NCBI GenBank assembly: GCA_012797975.1
Contig: JAAZOD010000022.1
Coordinates: 22,797 to 86,796 of the forward strand
DNA from: Pelolinea sp.
GTDB lineage: Bacteria; Chloroflexota; Anaerolineae; Anaerolineales; Anaerolineaceae
Reading direction: 5' to 3'
DNA: 64,000 nucleotides
Positions within the stretch are counted from its first letter, which is position 1. Every line of letters begins with the position of its first letter. The position numbers and the translations under genes were made by a program. Below, piece after piece: positions 1 to 8,841 of the stretch. Below the pieces are notes generated by a model. It was not told where the DNA came from and searched no databases. It saw nothing but the letters and a program-made list of their open reading frames with translations.

Positions 1-165
1 ACCGGCTGAGGTGCCTGCCACCCGCTGGATGCCAGCCAGCATACCGCGCTCCTCCAGCGCTTCCAGCGCACCGATATACGCGATGCCGCGGATCCCGCCG
101 CCTTTGAAGACCAGGTTGCGGTAGGTGATCGGTTTGGAGAACATATTGGAAAATAATGAACTCAT
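1..165 (-). CDS. patatin-like phospholipase, N-terminal 55 codons only (gene runs off left edge)
   Basis: Not in the ORF track because there is no stop in the window. Minus-strand ATG at 165-163 reads MSSLFSNMFSKPITYRNLVFKGGGIRGIAYIGALEALEERGMLAGIQRVAGTSAG. It has the G-G-G-x-R-G oxyanion loop and the G-T-S-A-G (GxSxG) nucleophile elbow typical of patatin-fold lipases. AGGAAAAG lies 6 nt upstream of the ATG. Confidence 0.75.
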   Translation of the reverse strand, partial: MSSLFSNMFSKPITYRNLVFKGGGIRGIAYIGALEALEERGMLAGIQRVAGTSAG

Positions 166-203
166 TTTTAACTTTTCCTGAAACACTTATTCTGTTCTTT
201 TAG

Positions 204-232
204 ATATTACAGTGATCGCAAAAAATTGTAAA
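204..232 (-). promoter_or_regulatory. candidate sigma70-type promoter for the patatin-like gene
   Basis: Minus strand reads TTTACA (232-227), a 17-nt spacer, then TAATAT (209-204), about 39 nt upstream of the ATG at 165. The context is AT-rich, so a chance match is possible. Confidence 0.35.
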
Positions 233-282
233 GAACATTTAATGTGGATAAAAGGAAAATCAAGATAACGAGGATTTTTATA

Positions 283-311
283 TTGACTTCATTCTAGATT
301 GTTGATATGAT
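283..311 (+). promoter_or_regulatory. near-consensus sigma70-type promoter with extended -10
   Basis: TTGACT (283-288), an exact 17-nt spacer, TATGAT (306-311), and TG at 303-304 (TGn extended -10). It points at the hairpin and U-run at 327-371. Confidence 0.4.
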
Positions 312-326
312 ATTTTTATCACGATG

Positions 327-371
327 AGAGGGCACACCTAAGGTAAGTCCGAAGGTTACTCCCTCTTTTTT
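327..371 (+). terminator. hairpin plus T-run (plus-strand orientation)
   Basis: AGAGGG (327-332) pairs with CCCTCT (361-366). The interior is partly paired (ACCT/AGGT) and a T-run follows at 366-371. On the minus strand there is no T-run after the hairpin. Confidence 0.5.
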
Positions 372-910
372 ATTCACAAAGTTTTTTACGTAAATCAGAA
401 ATATAAATGAAATATTTTCTATATCTTTTTAACAATGAAGAGTAACTATACCGGTTGGGTATTAACACTCCCCCTAATTTTCGTTGTTTTTCTAAAAAAT
501 CAATCAAACAGTAATAGTCTCCATCTCCGGCAACGATAAATGCTGCGTCATAATTAGGGAATTCAATCATTGTATGCAAAACCAATTGGCATCTACTTAC
601 CTTTTGTATTTATCTCATTTTGTTCATTTTTGAAATCCAGGGTAGGTTTAAAGATTATTTGATATCCCGCATTCTTCAAGTATGCATATAGCTTTTCATT
701 CCCTTTCTTTTTTCCGATAAACAAAAATGTTTTTGTTATATGGTATTTATCTTTTAAATAGACATGGAATTTCTGAAAATCCAATTTCCAGCCGGTATAT
801 ATGAGATTCCCAGTCTTTTTATCGTAAATATCTTGACGGATTGATAGATTGAGATTTTTACTGTCGATAAAAGCATAGAAGATTTGTTTTGAATTTTGCA
901 TCCTGTCCAC
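370..910 (-). pseudogene. NYN (LabA/DUF88-like) domain gene disrupted by frame changes
   Basis: ORF 593-910 carries the N-terminal NYN features (FYAFIDSKNLNL). ORF 370-585, with a TTG start in the track, carries the C-terminal signature FIVAGDGDYYCLIDFL. The two are in different frames. The expected K-G-x-V-D block is only readable in the third frame (GTA GAT GCC at 596-588). The region is about 30% GC by eye. Confidence 0.6.
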
Positions 911-935
911 CCTGAATAAGTTTCATGGAAAGAAT

Positions 936-2357
936 CTAAATATTGATCTTAATAATATCCCAAATTTTTAACATGGCTTGTGTGTCCAACTGGCAGTATT
1001 GCAGCAGGTTGGCGATCATGATTGTTTTCTCTTCTTCCGTGACCAGATCGTTCACAATTTGCCACCAGGCGATGGAGGCCTCATCCCCTTTGGCGATCTC
1101 CATTTCATCATACGAAAGCTCCGGAACCAGCACGGGCAGTACTTTCTTGATGGATGTGCTGCCGTGAAAATCGGGATGAATATACAGCCCCTGGCTGAAG
1201 ATCTCCATCAGGTCAAAGACACGGCTGTTGACATTTTCGAGAAAGGCAGCGTAGGCAGGATGCATCTCTGCCAGCTCATGGTGGCGCGAACACTCGAAGC
1301 CCTTGTTCCAAACGATGATGCTGCCCTGCGGCTGGATGGTGTGCGACAGCTTTTCCAGCATGGCGGGGGCGGGGTCGCTCAGCTCGCTGTGCAGGAATTG
1401 ATGATGTTCTACATCGGCTTGCGGAGAAGGAAGGATGTGCAGCGAAAATTGGAAGACGATATGCTGGTTGGGCTTATAGCCGTTGAAGAGGGGCAGGGCG
1501 GGATTGCAGGTCTCGTAATCCAGAAAATACAGCGGGTAGCGCACTTTCGATAATTTCTGCCGCAGCGCATCCCGGTCGATGAAAGGACGGTTCGCCCGCA
1601 CGACGTCGACATAAGCGCTTTGTTTTTCCGATAGCATGAAATCGGCGGGAATATTGTGGATGTCTCGAATGCCCATTTCTTCCAGTTGCAGGGCTCTGTT
1701 GCGGTGCAGGCGCGGGATCTCATAAATGGAATGGCCGGGCAGATCCGGATGGCACAGGTCGGGGAAAGGGCAGTTGTTGGGGGTTCGGCAGTGTTCCAGG
1801 TTTGTATGGTTTTCCTGCTCCAGAACAGTGCGGGCATTCAGCATCTCCGCTTTGATGGATGTCAATAATTCTTCCACAGCGGCGCTGACATCCTCGATCA
1901 GGAACAGTGCATCCATGTCCAGTTCCCCTTCCCGCCGGTAATCCTTGTTTAAATGGACAAGATGGAGTTTTCGCAGAGGAATGGTTTGCCGGCAGACCGC
2001 CGCCTGAAAGGCGATATCGTACAGGTCCTCTTTATCCACATTGCTGCCGCTTTTGATCTCGTACAGGTCGAAGCAGTTTTCGTTCTCGTCATGCACCAGC
2101 GCGTCAGTGCGCGCCAGAAACAGGTCATGGATATACGTTTGCTGCCATAACAGACTGGCATGGGCATAGGCATGGTTTGTCCATGCCTTCAAATGCTCCA
2201 GTGCCAGCGCTTCCACCTGCTGCCCCTGCTGCCTGCGGAATTCATCCATGGTGGTGGGTGCGGTGGCAGGTTCGTAAGCATGGCTTACCGCCCAGAAATG
2301 CAGCGGGCACTCCAGGTAGATGCGAAAATCGGTCTTGCTGATGGTTTGCTCGGGCAT
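936..2357 (-). CDS. DUF2779-family protein (Cas4-like PD-(D/E)xK N-terminal part plus RNase-H-like exonuclease-type C-terminal part)
   Basis: 473-aa ORF. YFLDYETCNPALPLF...HIVFQFSLH matches the DUF2779 signature as I remember it (FlDFEt...PFQySlH). The N-terminus has the Cys-containing ECPLHFW segment. Confidence 0.7.
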   Translation of the reverse strand: MPEQTISKTDFRIYLECPLHFWAVSHAYEPATAPTTMDEFRRQQGQQVEALALEHLKAWTNHAYAHASLLWQQTYIHDLFLARTDALVHDENENCFDLYEIKSGSNVDKEDLYDIAFQAAVCRQTIPLRKLHLVHLNKDYRREGELDMDALFLIEDVSAAVEELLTSIKAEMLNARTVLEQENHTNLEHCRTPNNCPFPDLCHPDLPGHSIYEIPRLHRNRALQLEEMGIRDIHNIPADFMLSEKQSAYVDVVRANRPFIDRDALRQKLSKVRYPLYFLDYETCNPALPLFNGYKPNQHIVFQFSLHILPSPQADVEHHQFLHSELSDPAPAMLEKLSHTIQPQGSIIVWNKGFECSRHHELAEMHPAYAAFLENVNSRVFDLMEIFSQGLYIHPDFHGSTSIKKVLPVLVPELSYDEMEIAKGDEASIAWWQIVNDLVTEEEKTIMIANLLQYCQLDTQAMLKIWDIIKINI

Positions 2358-2433
2358 GTTCCTTTTCCTCTTGGATGATTATAACGAAGAAAGTTCTTTA
2401 GTATGTGCGTCTGGAAAGGATTTTAATTTTGAA

Positions 2434-2477
2434 CAAAATAACAAAAGGTTCCCCTCATCGGTTCGAGAAGGGAACCT
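2434..2477 (-). terminator. intrinsic terminator downstream of degV
   Basis: AGGTTCCC (2446-2453) pairs with GGGAACCT (2470-2477). On the minus strand the stem is followed by TTTTGTTATTTT. Confidence 0.6.
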
Positions 2478-2512
2478 ATCCGTCCATACCAAAAATAACA
2501 GGTCGATGAAAT

Positions 2513-3352
2513 CTACTCTTTCAGGATATACAGAATCCCGATGGTGTCCGGCCCTGCGTGGGATGCGACCGTGCAGCCTGCGGTGGTGATGGATATATTT
2601 TCAATGGGAGTGATGTTCAACAGTTCGCTCTTGAGGTATTCGGCGTCCGCATCGCAGCCGGTGTGGGTTACAAAAACCCGTTTCAGATCAATGTTGGGCA
2701 GATGGTTTTTGAAATCAACCAGCATGGATTGCAGTGCTTTCTTGCGCGAACCGCTGATCTTTTCCTTGACGTTCATGCTGCCTTCGTCGGCTTTGACCTC
2801 GATCACCGGGTGGATCTTGAGGATGCTGCCCATCACATGTTCCATAGAAGTACAGCGTCCTCCCTTGTATAGGTAATCCAGTTTGTCGATGATGAAGGTG
2901 GTGTACACTCGCGGGATCACTGCTTCCACCCCGGCGATGATCTCATCGAAGGAGCAGCCCTGATCGCGCAGGTCGCAGGCGGTCAAGACTGAGAGGGCGA
3001 TGCCCGTGGACAGGTTGTGCGAATCGATGGCGTGGATGCGTCTTTTTTGCTGCGCTTGCGCCACCCTGCTGGCGATCTCGTGCCCTGCGGACATTTTGCT
3101 GCTGATGCCGATGTAGATGATGTCATGGGGGGAATCGAAGAATTCCTCAAATGCCGCCGGGGATGGGGCTGCCGTTTTGGGAGTGCAACCGCTTTCTTTC
3201 ACCTTTTCAAACAATTGGTGGGTGTTGATGGTCTTTCCATCCAGGTATGAGGTTTCTCCCAGCGTGACGATGAATGGAATTTGCCGGAGGTGATACTGGC
3301 TGATCAGTTCCGGGCTTAAATCCGAACAGCTATCTGTTAAGATCTCAATCAT
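2513..3352 (-). CDS. DegV family fatty-acid-binding protein
   Basis: MIEILTDSCSDLSPELI... is a typical DegV N-terminus. I trimmed the track ORF (to 3406) to the ATG at 3352, which has GGAAGGA 6 nt upstream. Confidence 0.85.
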   Translation of the reverse strand: MIEILTDSCSDLSPELISQYHLRQIPFIVTLGETSYLDGKTINTHQLFEKVKESGCTPKTAAPSPAAFEEFFDSPHDIIYIGISSKMSAGHEIASRVAQAQQKRRIHAIDSHNLSTGIALSVLTACDLRDQGCSFDEIIAGVEAVIPRVYTTFIIDKLDYLYKGGRCTSMEHVMGSILKIHPVIEVKADEGSMNVKEKISGSRKKALQSMLVDFKNHLPNIDLKRVFVTHTGCDADAEYLKSELLNITPIENISITTAGCTVASHAGPDTIGILYILKE

Positions 3353-3525
3353 GTTTTCCTTCCTTGTTTCTCTGTAATGAGGATGAGCTCTTATGGACGG
3401 ACTCAATTCGCCCGATTATAGTACAGATGAAAAAGTTGTGAAGGGTGATGAAAATCAAGTCAACTGAATAAAAGACGACGATAAAAGTAATGGATCCTTT
3501 TTGGCAGACGAGGGTCATCGGGATA

Positions 3526-3555
3526 TAAAAAATCCAGTTGTTGCTGGATTTTTTA
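3526..3555. terminator. bidirectional hairpin terminator next to tRNA-Arg
   Basis: AATCCAG (3531-3537) pairs with CTGGATT (3544-3550). It is flanked by an A-run (3526-3532) and a T-run (3549-3554). Confidence 0.6.
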
Positions 3556-3556
3556 A

Positions 3557-3630
3557 TGCCCCAGGAGGGACTCGAACCCCCAACCTAGGCGTTAGGAGTG
3601 CCTCGCTCTCTCCATTTGAGCCACTGGGGC
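3557..3630 (-). tRNA. tRNA-Arg (anticodon CCU)
   Basis: The reverse complement GCCCCAGTGGCTCAAATGGAGAGAGCGAGGCACTCCTAACGCCTAGGTTGGGGGTTCGAGTCCCTCCTGGGGCA folds by hand into a cloverleaf. It has a 7-bp acceptor stem, a GCTC/GAGC D stem, the anticodon loop CT-CCT-AA and a GGTTCGAGTCC T-arm. No CCA is encoded. Confidence 0.85.
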
Positions 3631-3744
3631 ATCTAGGAACGAATTATAGCATCCCGAAAGTGGACTGGCAAGAAGGGCGCGACCTGCCGGTTTTTTGTAC
3701 GTATATAATCAAAGAATAGATCATGGGATGGAGGGTTTGTCGCT

Positions 3745-4683
3745 ATGGAAAATGCCGTTGAAGTGAAAGGGCTAAAGAAATTTTATAAGGATGTAAAGGC
3801 GGTGAATGGGGTCGATTTCTCCATCCAAAGCGGGGAGATCTTCAGCTTGCTGGGTCCCAACGGGGCAGGCAAGACGACCACCATCAATGTGCTGACCGGC
3901 CTTTTTCCTCCGAACGCAGGGGATGCGCTGATCTTTGGGCATTCCATCAAAAAAGAACCCTTGAAAGCCAAAGCACTGATGGGGGTGGTGCCGCAGGAAA
4001 TTGCCCTGTACGAAGACCTCTCTGCCAGAGAGAATCTGGTGTTCTGGGGAAAATTATATGGTTTGCGTGGAAAGCAATTGCAGAAGCGTGTGGATGAAGT
4101 GCTGGAATTGATCGGGTTGCGCGACCGCCAGCGTCAGCGGATTTCCAAATATTCCGGGGGCATGAAACGTCGGGTGAATATTGGCATCGCGCTGCTGCAT
4201 TTGCCCAAACTGGTGATCATGGATGAACCCACGGTCGGCATCGACCCGCAAAGCCGCCGGCATATTCTGGATAATGTGTTGCAGTTGAACAAACAAGGCA
4301 TGACCGTGTTGTACACAACGCATTACATGGAAGAAGCCCAGGAACTTTCCAGCCATATTGCCATCATGGATCAGGGCAGGATCGTAGCGAACGGAACCCA
4401 CGCCGAGCTGGTCAAGCTGGTGGGGGAACAGGATCGTGTGGAATTGGCCCTCAGCCAGGATGGCGGAAAAGTTTTGAAGGAATGGAAAAAGGTGAAGGGT
4501 GTTTCAAAGGTTGACCAGGAGGGCGAGAAGATCGTCTTGCTGGTGAATGACAGCAATGCAGTGTTGCCGGAGCTTTTCAAGATTGCCAATCAGCAAAATG
4601 CGCGCATCGCTTCCATTGCCATCCACGAACCCAACCTCGAGACGGTGTTCCTGCACCTGACCGGCAAAGCGCTGCGCGATTAG
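3745..4683 (+). CDS. ABC transporter ATP-binding protein (ABC-2 type)
   Basis: Walker A GPNGAGKTT, signature SGGMKRR, Walker B LVIMDEP. GGAGGG SD upstream. Confidence 0.9.
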   Translation: MENAVEVKGLKKFYKDVKAVNGVDFSIQSGEIFSLLGPNGAGKTTTINVLTGLFPPNAGDALIFGHSIKKEPLKAKALMGVVPQEIALYEDLSARENLVFWGKLYGLRGKQLQKRVDEVLELIGLRDRQRQRISKYSGGMKRRVNIGIALLHLPKLVIMDEPTVGIDPQSRRHILDNVLQLNKQGMTVLYTTHYMEEAQELSSHIAIMDQGRIVANGTHAELVKLVGEQDRVELALSQDGGKVLKEWKKVKGVSKVDQEGEKIVLLVNDSNAVLPELFKIANQQNARIASIAIHEPNLETVFLHLTGKALRD

Positions 4684-4691
4684 GAGGGGAT

Positions 4692-5951
4692 ATGAGAAAA
4701 GTATTGGCTATTGCTTCCAAGGACCTTTTGCGTTCCATACGCAGTCTGTATTTTGTTGGCATTTCTCTGCTTGCACCGCTGCTGCTCTCGTTTCTCTTTT
4801 CCGCGGCTTTTGGAGGAGGGAAAGAGAGCACCGCCATTTCAAACATGGAGATCGCTTTGGTGAACCAGGATGCCCCTGCTCAGGGCAACCCTAACCTGGG
4901 TGAGACTGTGTTGGAAGTGCTTCGCTCGGACGGGTTGAAAGACCTGATCACCGTACATGCGGTGGGGAATGAGGAAGAAGCGCTGCAGGGCATCAATGAC
5001 CAGGATTACAGCGCAGCGCTCATCATTCCGCCGGATTTCTCACAGGTCGTGACCGGATCAGGAAAAACCACTCAGTTGCGCATTGTTTACGATCCGGCGG
5101 AAAGTATTTCACCGCACGTCCTGGAAAATATCGTTGCCGCCATTGCGGATGGTTTTTCTTCTTCGAAAATGATGGTGGACCTGGCTGTGGAAGAATTGCA
5201 GCGTCGCGGCGGCCAGGCGGATGAACAGTTTTATACCCAAGTTGTGGAGCGCATCACCGCGCAATCAGAAAACCGAGCGTACGCAACGTCCTCCTTGCTG
5301 ACCGTTTTAAATCCGCAGGGGCAGAAGGGGGAGACCGAAAATGAAATACAGCAGATCATCTCCACCATCATGGCAAGCATGATGATCTTCTTTACTTTTT
5401 ATACCGGTGCGGCGACTTCGGAATCGCTGCTGCAGGAAGAGGAAAAAGGTACGCTGGCACGCAAATTCGTCTCTCCCACCCCGGTCAGGGATATTCTGGC
5501 GGGAAAATTTCTGGGTGTGTTGATCACCTTGACGGTCCAGATTTGTGTGCTGTTGGTGGTATCGCATCTTGTCTTCCATATTGAATGGGGGGAACCGGGA
5601 AAACTGGTGCTGGCGGTTGTCGCACTTATCGTTTCCGCCGCCGGCTTTGGACTGCTGCTCATGTCGCTCTTGAGGGATACCCGTCAAACTGGAATCATCT
5701 TTGGCGGGGTGATGACCATCACCGGTATGCTGGGCGGCCTGTTCACTGGCAGCATCCAGAATATGCCCGGCTTTATGGAAGTATTGAAGAAGCTGACTCC
5801 CCAGGGTTGGGCGCAGGACCTCTGGCAGCTTTTGTTGAATGGAGCAAGTTATCGGGAGATGCTGTTCCCTTTGGCTGTTCTGTTGGGCATGGCGGTGATC
5901 TTCTTTTTCATTGCTGATTTCCGTTTTCAACGACGCTTTGCGAGAAAGTAG
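4692..5951 (+). CDS. ABC-2 family transporter permease
   Basis: It follows the ATPase by 8 nt, with AGGAGGGG SD. It has an N-terminal TM helix, a large loop, then a C-terminal cluster of TM helices. Confidence 0.8.
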   Translation: MRKVLAIASKDLLRSIRSLYFVGISLLAPLLLSFLFSAAFGGGKESTAISNMEIALVNQDAPAQGNPNLGETVLEVLRSDGLKDLITVHAVGNEEEALQGINDQDYSAALIIPPDFSQVVTGSGKTTQLRIVYDPAESISPHVLENIVAAIADGFSSSKMMVDLAVEELQRRGGQADEQFYTQVVERITAQSENRAYATSSLLTVLNPQGQKGETENEIQQIISTIMASMMIFFTFYTGAATSESLLQEEEKGTLARKFVSPTPVRDILAGKFLGVLITLTVQICVLLVVSHLVFHIEWGEPGKLVLAVVALIVSAAGFGLLLMSLLRDTRQTGIIFGGVMTITGMLGGLFTGSIQNMPGFMEVLKKLTPQGWAQDLWQLLLNGASYREMLFPLAVLLGMAVIFFFIADFRFQRRFARK

Positions 5952-5960
5952 GCTAGGGAA

Positions 5961-7190
5961 ATGAAAAGGATCTTTGATATTGTTGGGAAGGATATCTCTC
6001 AGACCCTGCGCAGCCCGATGGCTGCCTTGTTCTTGATCGCAATGCCGCTCATGTTCACCGCATTTTTTGGATTGATCTTTCAGGGAGTGGCAAAGGATGA
6101 GGGGGCGCAGGAGAAACCACTGGTGGCGGTGGTGGGTGAAGCGCAGGATGGGTCGATTTTGAACGAACTGCAAACTCTCTTTCAGGAAAGCGGCGAATTG
6201 ACGGCTGCGGTATTCACAACAGATGAGTACCCTGATTCGCTGATTCTCTTTGAAGAAAAGGAAGCCGTGGCGGTTCTATCGTTGCCTGAACATTTTCAGT
6301 TTTTGTCTCAAGATCAAACTCCTGCCACTTTGTATGTGGATGAAACCAGCAGCGAAGGGCAAACCGCACTTTACACCATTCAGCGTGTTTTCAGCCAGCA
6401 GCAGATCTTGTATTCCACCTCCCGCCTTGCAGTTCAGGTGGTGGATGAACAACTGCCGTATGCCAGTGATCAGGAGTATCAGGCGGCGCTGGAGCAGGTT
6501 CTGGCGAAGGCCGGTCAGGCATGGGATAAAAAAGCGGTTACGGTGTCGATGGAAAGAGCGGTTACCGAAACCACCGATCTCTCGCGCATTGAATCGGCTT
6601 ACGACCAGTCTTCTCCAGGTATGTTGGTTCAGTTCACCATCAGCGGCCTGATGGGCACTGCTATCATTTTCGTGCAGGAACGCCGTACGAAAACACTGCA
6701 GCGTATGCTGACCACCGCCACCAGCCGCTCTGCCATCATCATCGCCCACGCCCTTTCCATGTTTTTCATCATTGTTGCTCAGCAGATCATTCTGGTACTG
6801 AGTGGGCATTTCCTGTTTGGGGTCGATTATTTGCGGGAACCGCTGGCGATCTTGCTGGTGATCGTTGCTTTTGCCCTGTGGGTAAGCGGGATGGGTACCC
6901 TCATAGGAGTATCGGCGAAGAATGAGGATCAGGTTGTCCTGTTCTCTTTGATCGCCATGTTCCTTTTCACCGCCATGGGCGGCGCCTGGTTCACGCTGGA
7001 AAATACCAGCCCCGGTTTCTATGCCATCGCTCGCTATACGCCCGGGGCGCAAGCCATGCAGGGCTTGCAAAACATCATCGTGCGCAAGCAGGGCTTGTCC
7101 TCGGTCTTTGCTCCGGTTGGCATGCTGCTGCTATATGCGTTCCTTTTTTACGCAGCCGCTATCCTGATCTTTAAAAAGAACAAGGAATAA
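5961..7190 (+). CDS. ABC-2 family transporter permease (second subunit)
   Basis: Same architecture as the preceding gene, with a 9-nt gap. Confidence 0.8.
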   Translation: MKRIFDIVGKDISQTLRSPMAALFLIAMPLMFTAFFGLIFQGVAKDEGAQEKPLVAVVGEAQDGSILNELQTLFQESGELTAAVFTTDEYPDSLILFEEKEAVAVLSLPEHFQFLSQDQTPATLYVDETSSEGQTALYTIQRVFSQQQILYSTSRLAVQVVDEQLPYASDQEYQAALEQVLAKAGQAWDKKAVTVSMERAVTETTDLSRIESAYDQSSPGMLVQFTISGLMGTAIIFVQERRTKTLQRMLTTATSRSAIIIAHALSMFFIIVAQQIILVLSGHFLFGVDYLREPLAILLVIVAFALWVSGMGTLIGVSAKNEDQVVLFSLIAMFLFTAMGGAWFTLENTSPGFYAIARYTPGAQAMQGLQNIIVRKQGLSSVFAPVGMLLLYAFLFYAAAILIFKKNKE

Positions 7191-7206
7191 GAGAAAGACG
7201 AAAATC

Positions 7207-7236
7207 AAGCCCGTATGCGATATACGGGCTTTTTTC
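7207..7236 (+). terminator. intrinsic terminator after the ABC-2 operon
   Basis: AAGCCCGTAT (7207-7216) pairs with ATACGGGCTT (7222-7231), followed by a T-run to 7235. Confidence 0.8.
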
Positions 7237-7279
7237 CATTAATGACACGGTTTATAATCTTTCATGACAAGGAAAAAAC

Positions 7280-8827
7280 ATGAGCAAAAAACTGGTTGAA
7301 TGTATCCCCAATTTCTCCGAAGCGCGCCGCCCTGATGTGGTGGAGCAGATCGCGCAGGCCATTCTTTCAGTGAATGGAGTGCAGATCCTCGATCGCCATT
7401 CCGATCAGGATCATAACCGTACCGTCATCACCCTGCTGGGTGAACCGCAAGCGGTGGAGCAGGCCGTATTTGCTGGCATTCAAAAGGCTGCCGAATTGAT
7501 CGATATGGACCAGCATCAAGGCGAGCATCCCCGCATTGGCGCCACGGACGTTGTGCCGTTCGTGCCCATCCGCGAAATGGAAATGAGCGAGTGTGTGGAA
7601 ATGGCCCGCCGCCTGGCAAAACGGGTTGGGGAGGAATTGGGTATTCCGGTATATCTGTATGAGGAAGCCGCTGCCCGCCCTGACCGCGTGAATTTGGAAG
7701 ACGTCCGGCGCGGGCAGTATGAAGGCTTGAAAGAAGAGGTCAAGACGAATGCGGAGCGCAAGCCCGATTTCGGACCTGCCGAGTTGGGAAAAGCCGGTGC
7801 CACCGTCATCGGAGCTCGTTACCCGCTGATCGCCTTCAACGTCTATCTGACCACGGATGATGTGAGCATTGCCAAAAAGATCGCCAAACAGGTGCGCCAT
7901 TCCTCCGGCGGCATGCGTTATGTCAAAGCCATGGGTGTGCTGGTGGAAGGACGTGCTCAGGTTTCGATGAACCTGACCAATTTTCAAAAGACGCCGCTTG
8001 CGCAAGTGGTGGAGTTCGTGCGCCGGGAGGCGCAGCGTTATGGCGTGGCGATCCATCACAGCGAATTGGTGGGGTTGATCCCGCAAAAAGCGCTGACCGA
8101 TGCGGCTGTTTGGTACTTGCAATTGGACCAGTACGAAGATGAACAGCTTTTGGAAAACAAGCTGATGTCGGCTGCCTTTGAACAATCACCGGTTGCGGCG
8201 GGAGCAGACAGCTCCTTTTTGGATGAACTTGCCAGTGCCAGTCCAACACCCGGTGGCGGTTCTGCGGCTGCCTGGACGGCTGCGGAAGCGGCTGCGCTGG
8301 TGGCAATGGTTGCGCGCCTGACGGTGGGAAAGGGCAAATATAAGGATGTGGAACCCCTGATGGTTTCCCTGACGGAACAGGCGGAGAAATTGCGCGCAAA
8401 ATTGCAGCAAGCAGTGCAAGAGGATGCGCTTGCCTTTGAAAAGGTTATGGTCGCTTTCAGATTACCCAAAGATTCCGAGGAACAGCTCCAGCTTCGAAAA
8501 GAGGCCGTCCAAATTGCAACGCTTGAAGCGGCTCGTATTCCCTTGGGAACTGCGCGCATGGCACTGGAAGTGATGCGGCTGGCAGAGGTGGCCTGTGCGT
8601 CGGGCAACCTGAATGCCATCACCGATGCGGCCAGCGCTGTTCAACTGGCGGCCGCCAGTCTTTCGGGAGCGGCTGCCAATGTGAGCATTAACCTGAATGG
8701 ATTGGATGACGAGCAGACAAAGGAAGAGTTTAACCAGCAGTTGGCATCCCTCAAGCAGGAAAAAGAAGCTATACTTACGCGGGTGGCGCACAGCGTCACG
8801 GAACGTTCTCACATCACATTGATCTAA
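7280..8827 (+). CDS. ftcD: bifunctional glutamate formimidoyltransferase / formimidoyl-THF cyclodeaminase (fused FtcD)
   Basis: The N-terminus VECIPNFSEARR... is the formiminotransferase start. The C-terminal SPTPGGGSAAAWTAAEAAALVAMVARLTVGKGKY is the cyclodeaminase (FTCD_C) signature. Confidence 0.85.
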   Translation: MSKKLVECIPNFSEARRPDVVEQIAQAILSVNGVQILDRHSDQDHNRTVITLLGEPQAVEQAVFAGIQKAAELIDMDQHQGEHPRIGATDVVPFVPIREMEMSECVEMARRLAKRVGEELGIPVYLYEEAAARPDRVNLEDVRRGQYEGLKEEVKTNAERKPDFGPAELGKAGATVIGARYPLIAFNVYLTTDDVSIAKKIAKQVRHSSGGMRYVKAMGVLVEGRAQVSMNLTNFQKTPLAQVVEFVRREAQRYGVAIHHSELVGLIPQKALTDAAVWYLQLDQYEDEQLLENKLMSAAFEQSPVAAGADSSFLDELASASPTPGGGSAAAWTAAEAAALVAMVARLTVGKGKYKDVEPLMVSLTEQAEKLRAKLQQAVQEDALAFEKVMVAFRLPKDSEEQLQLRKEAVQIATLEAARIPLGTARMALEVMRLAEVACASGNLNAITDAASAVQLAAASLSGAAANVSINLNGLDDEQTKEEFNQQLASLKQEKEAILTRVAHSVTERSHITLI

Positions 8828-8841
8828 GGACCGTACGTATC

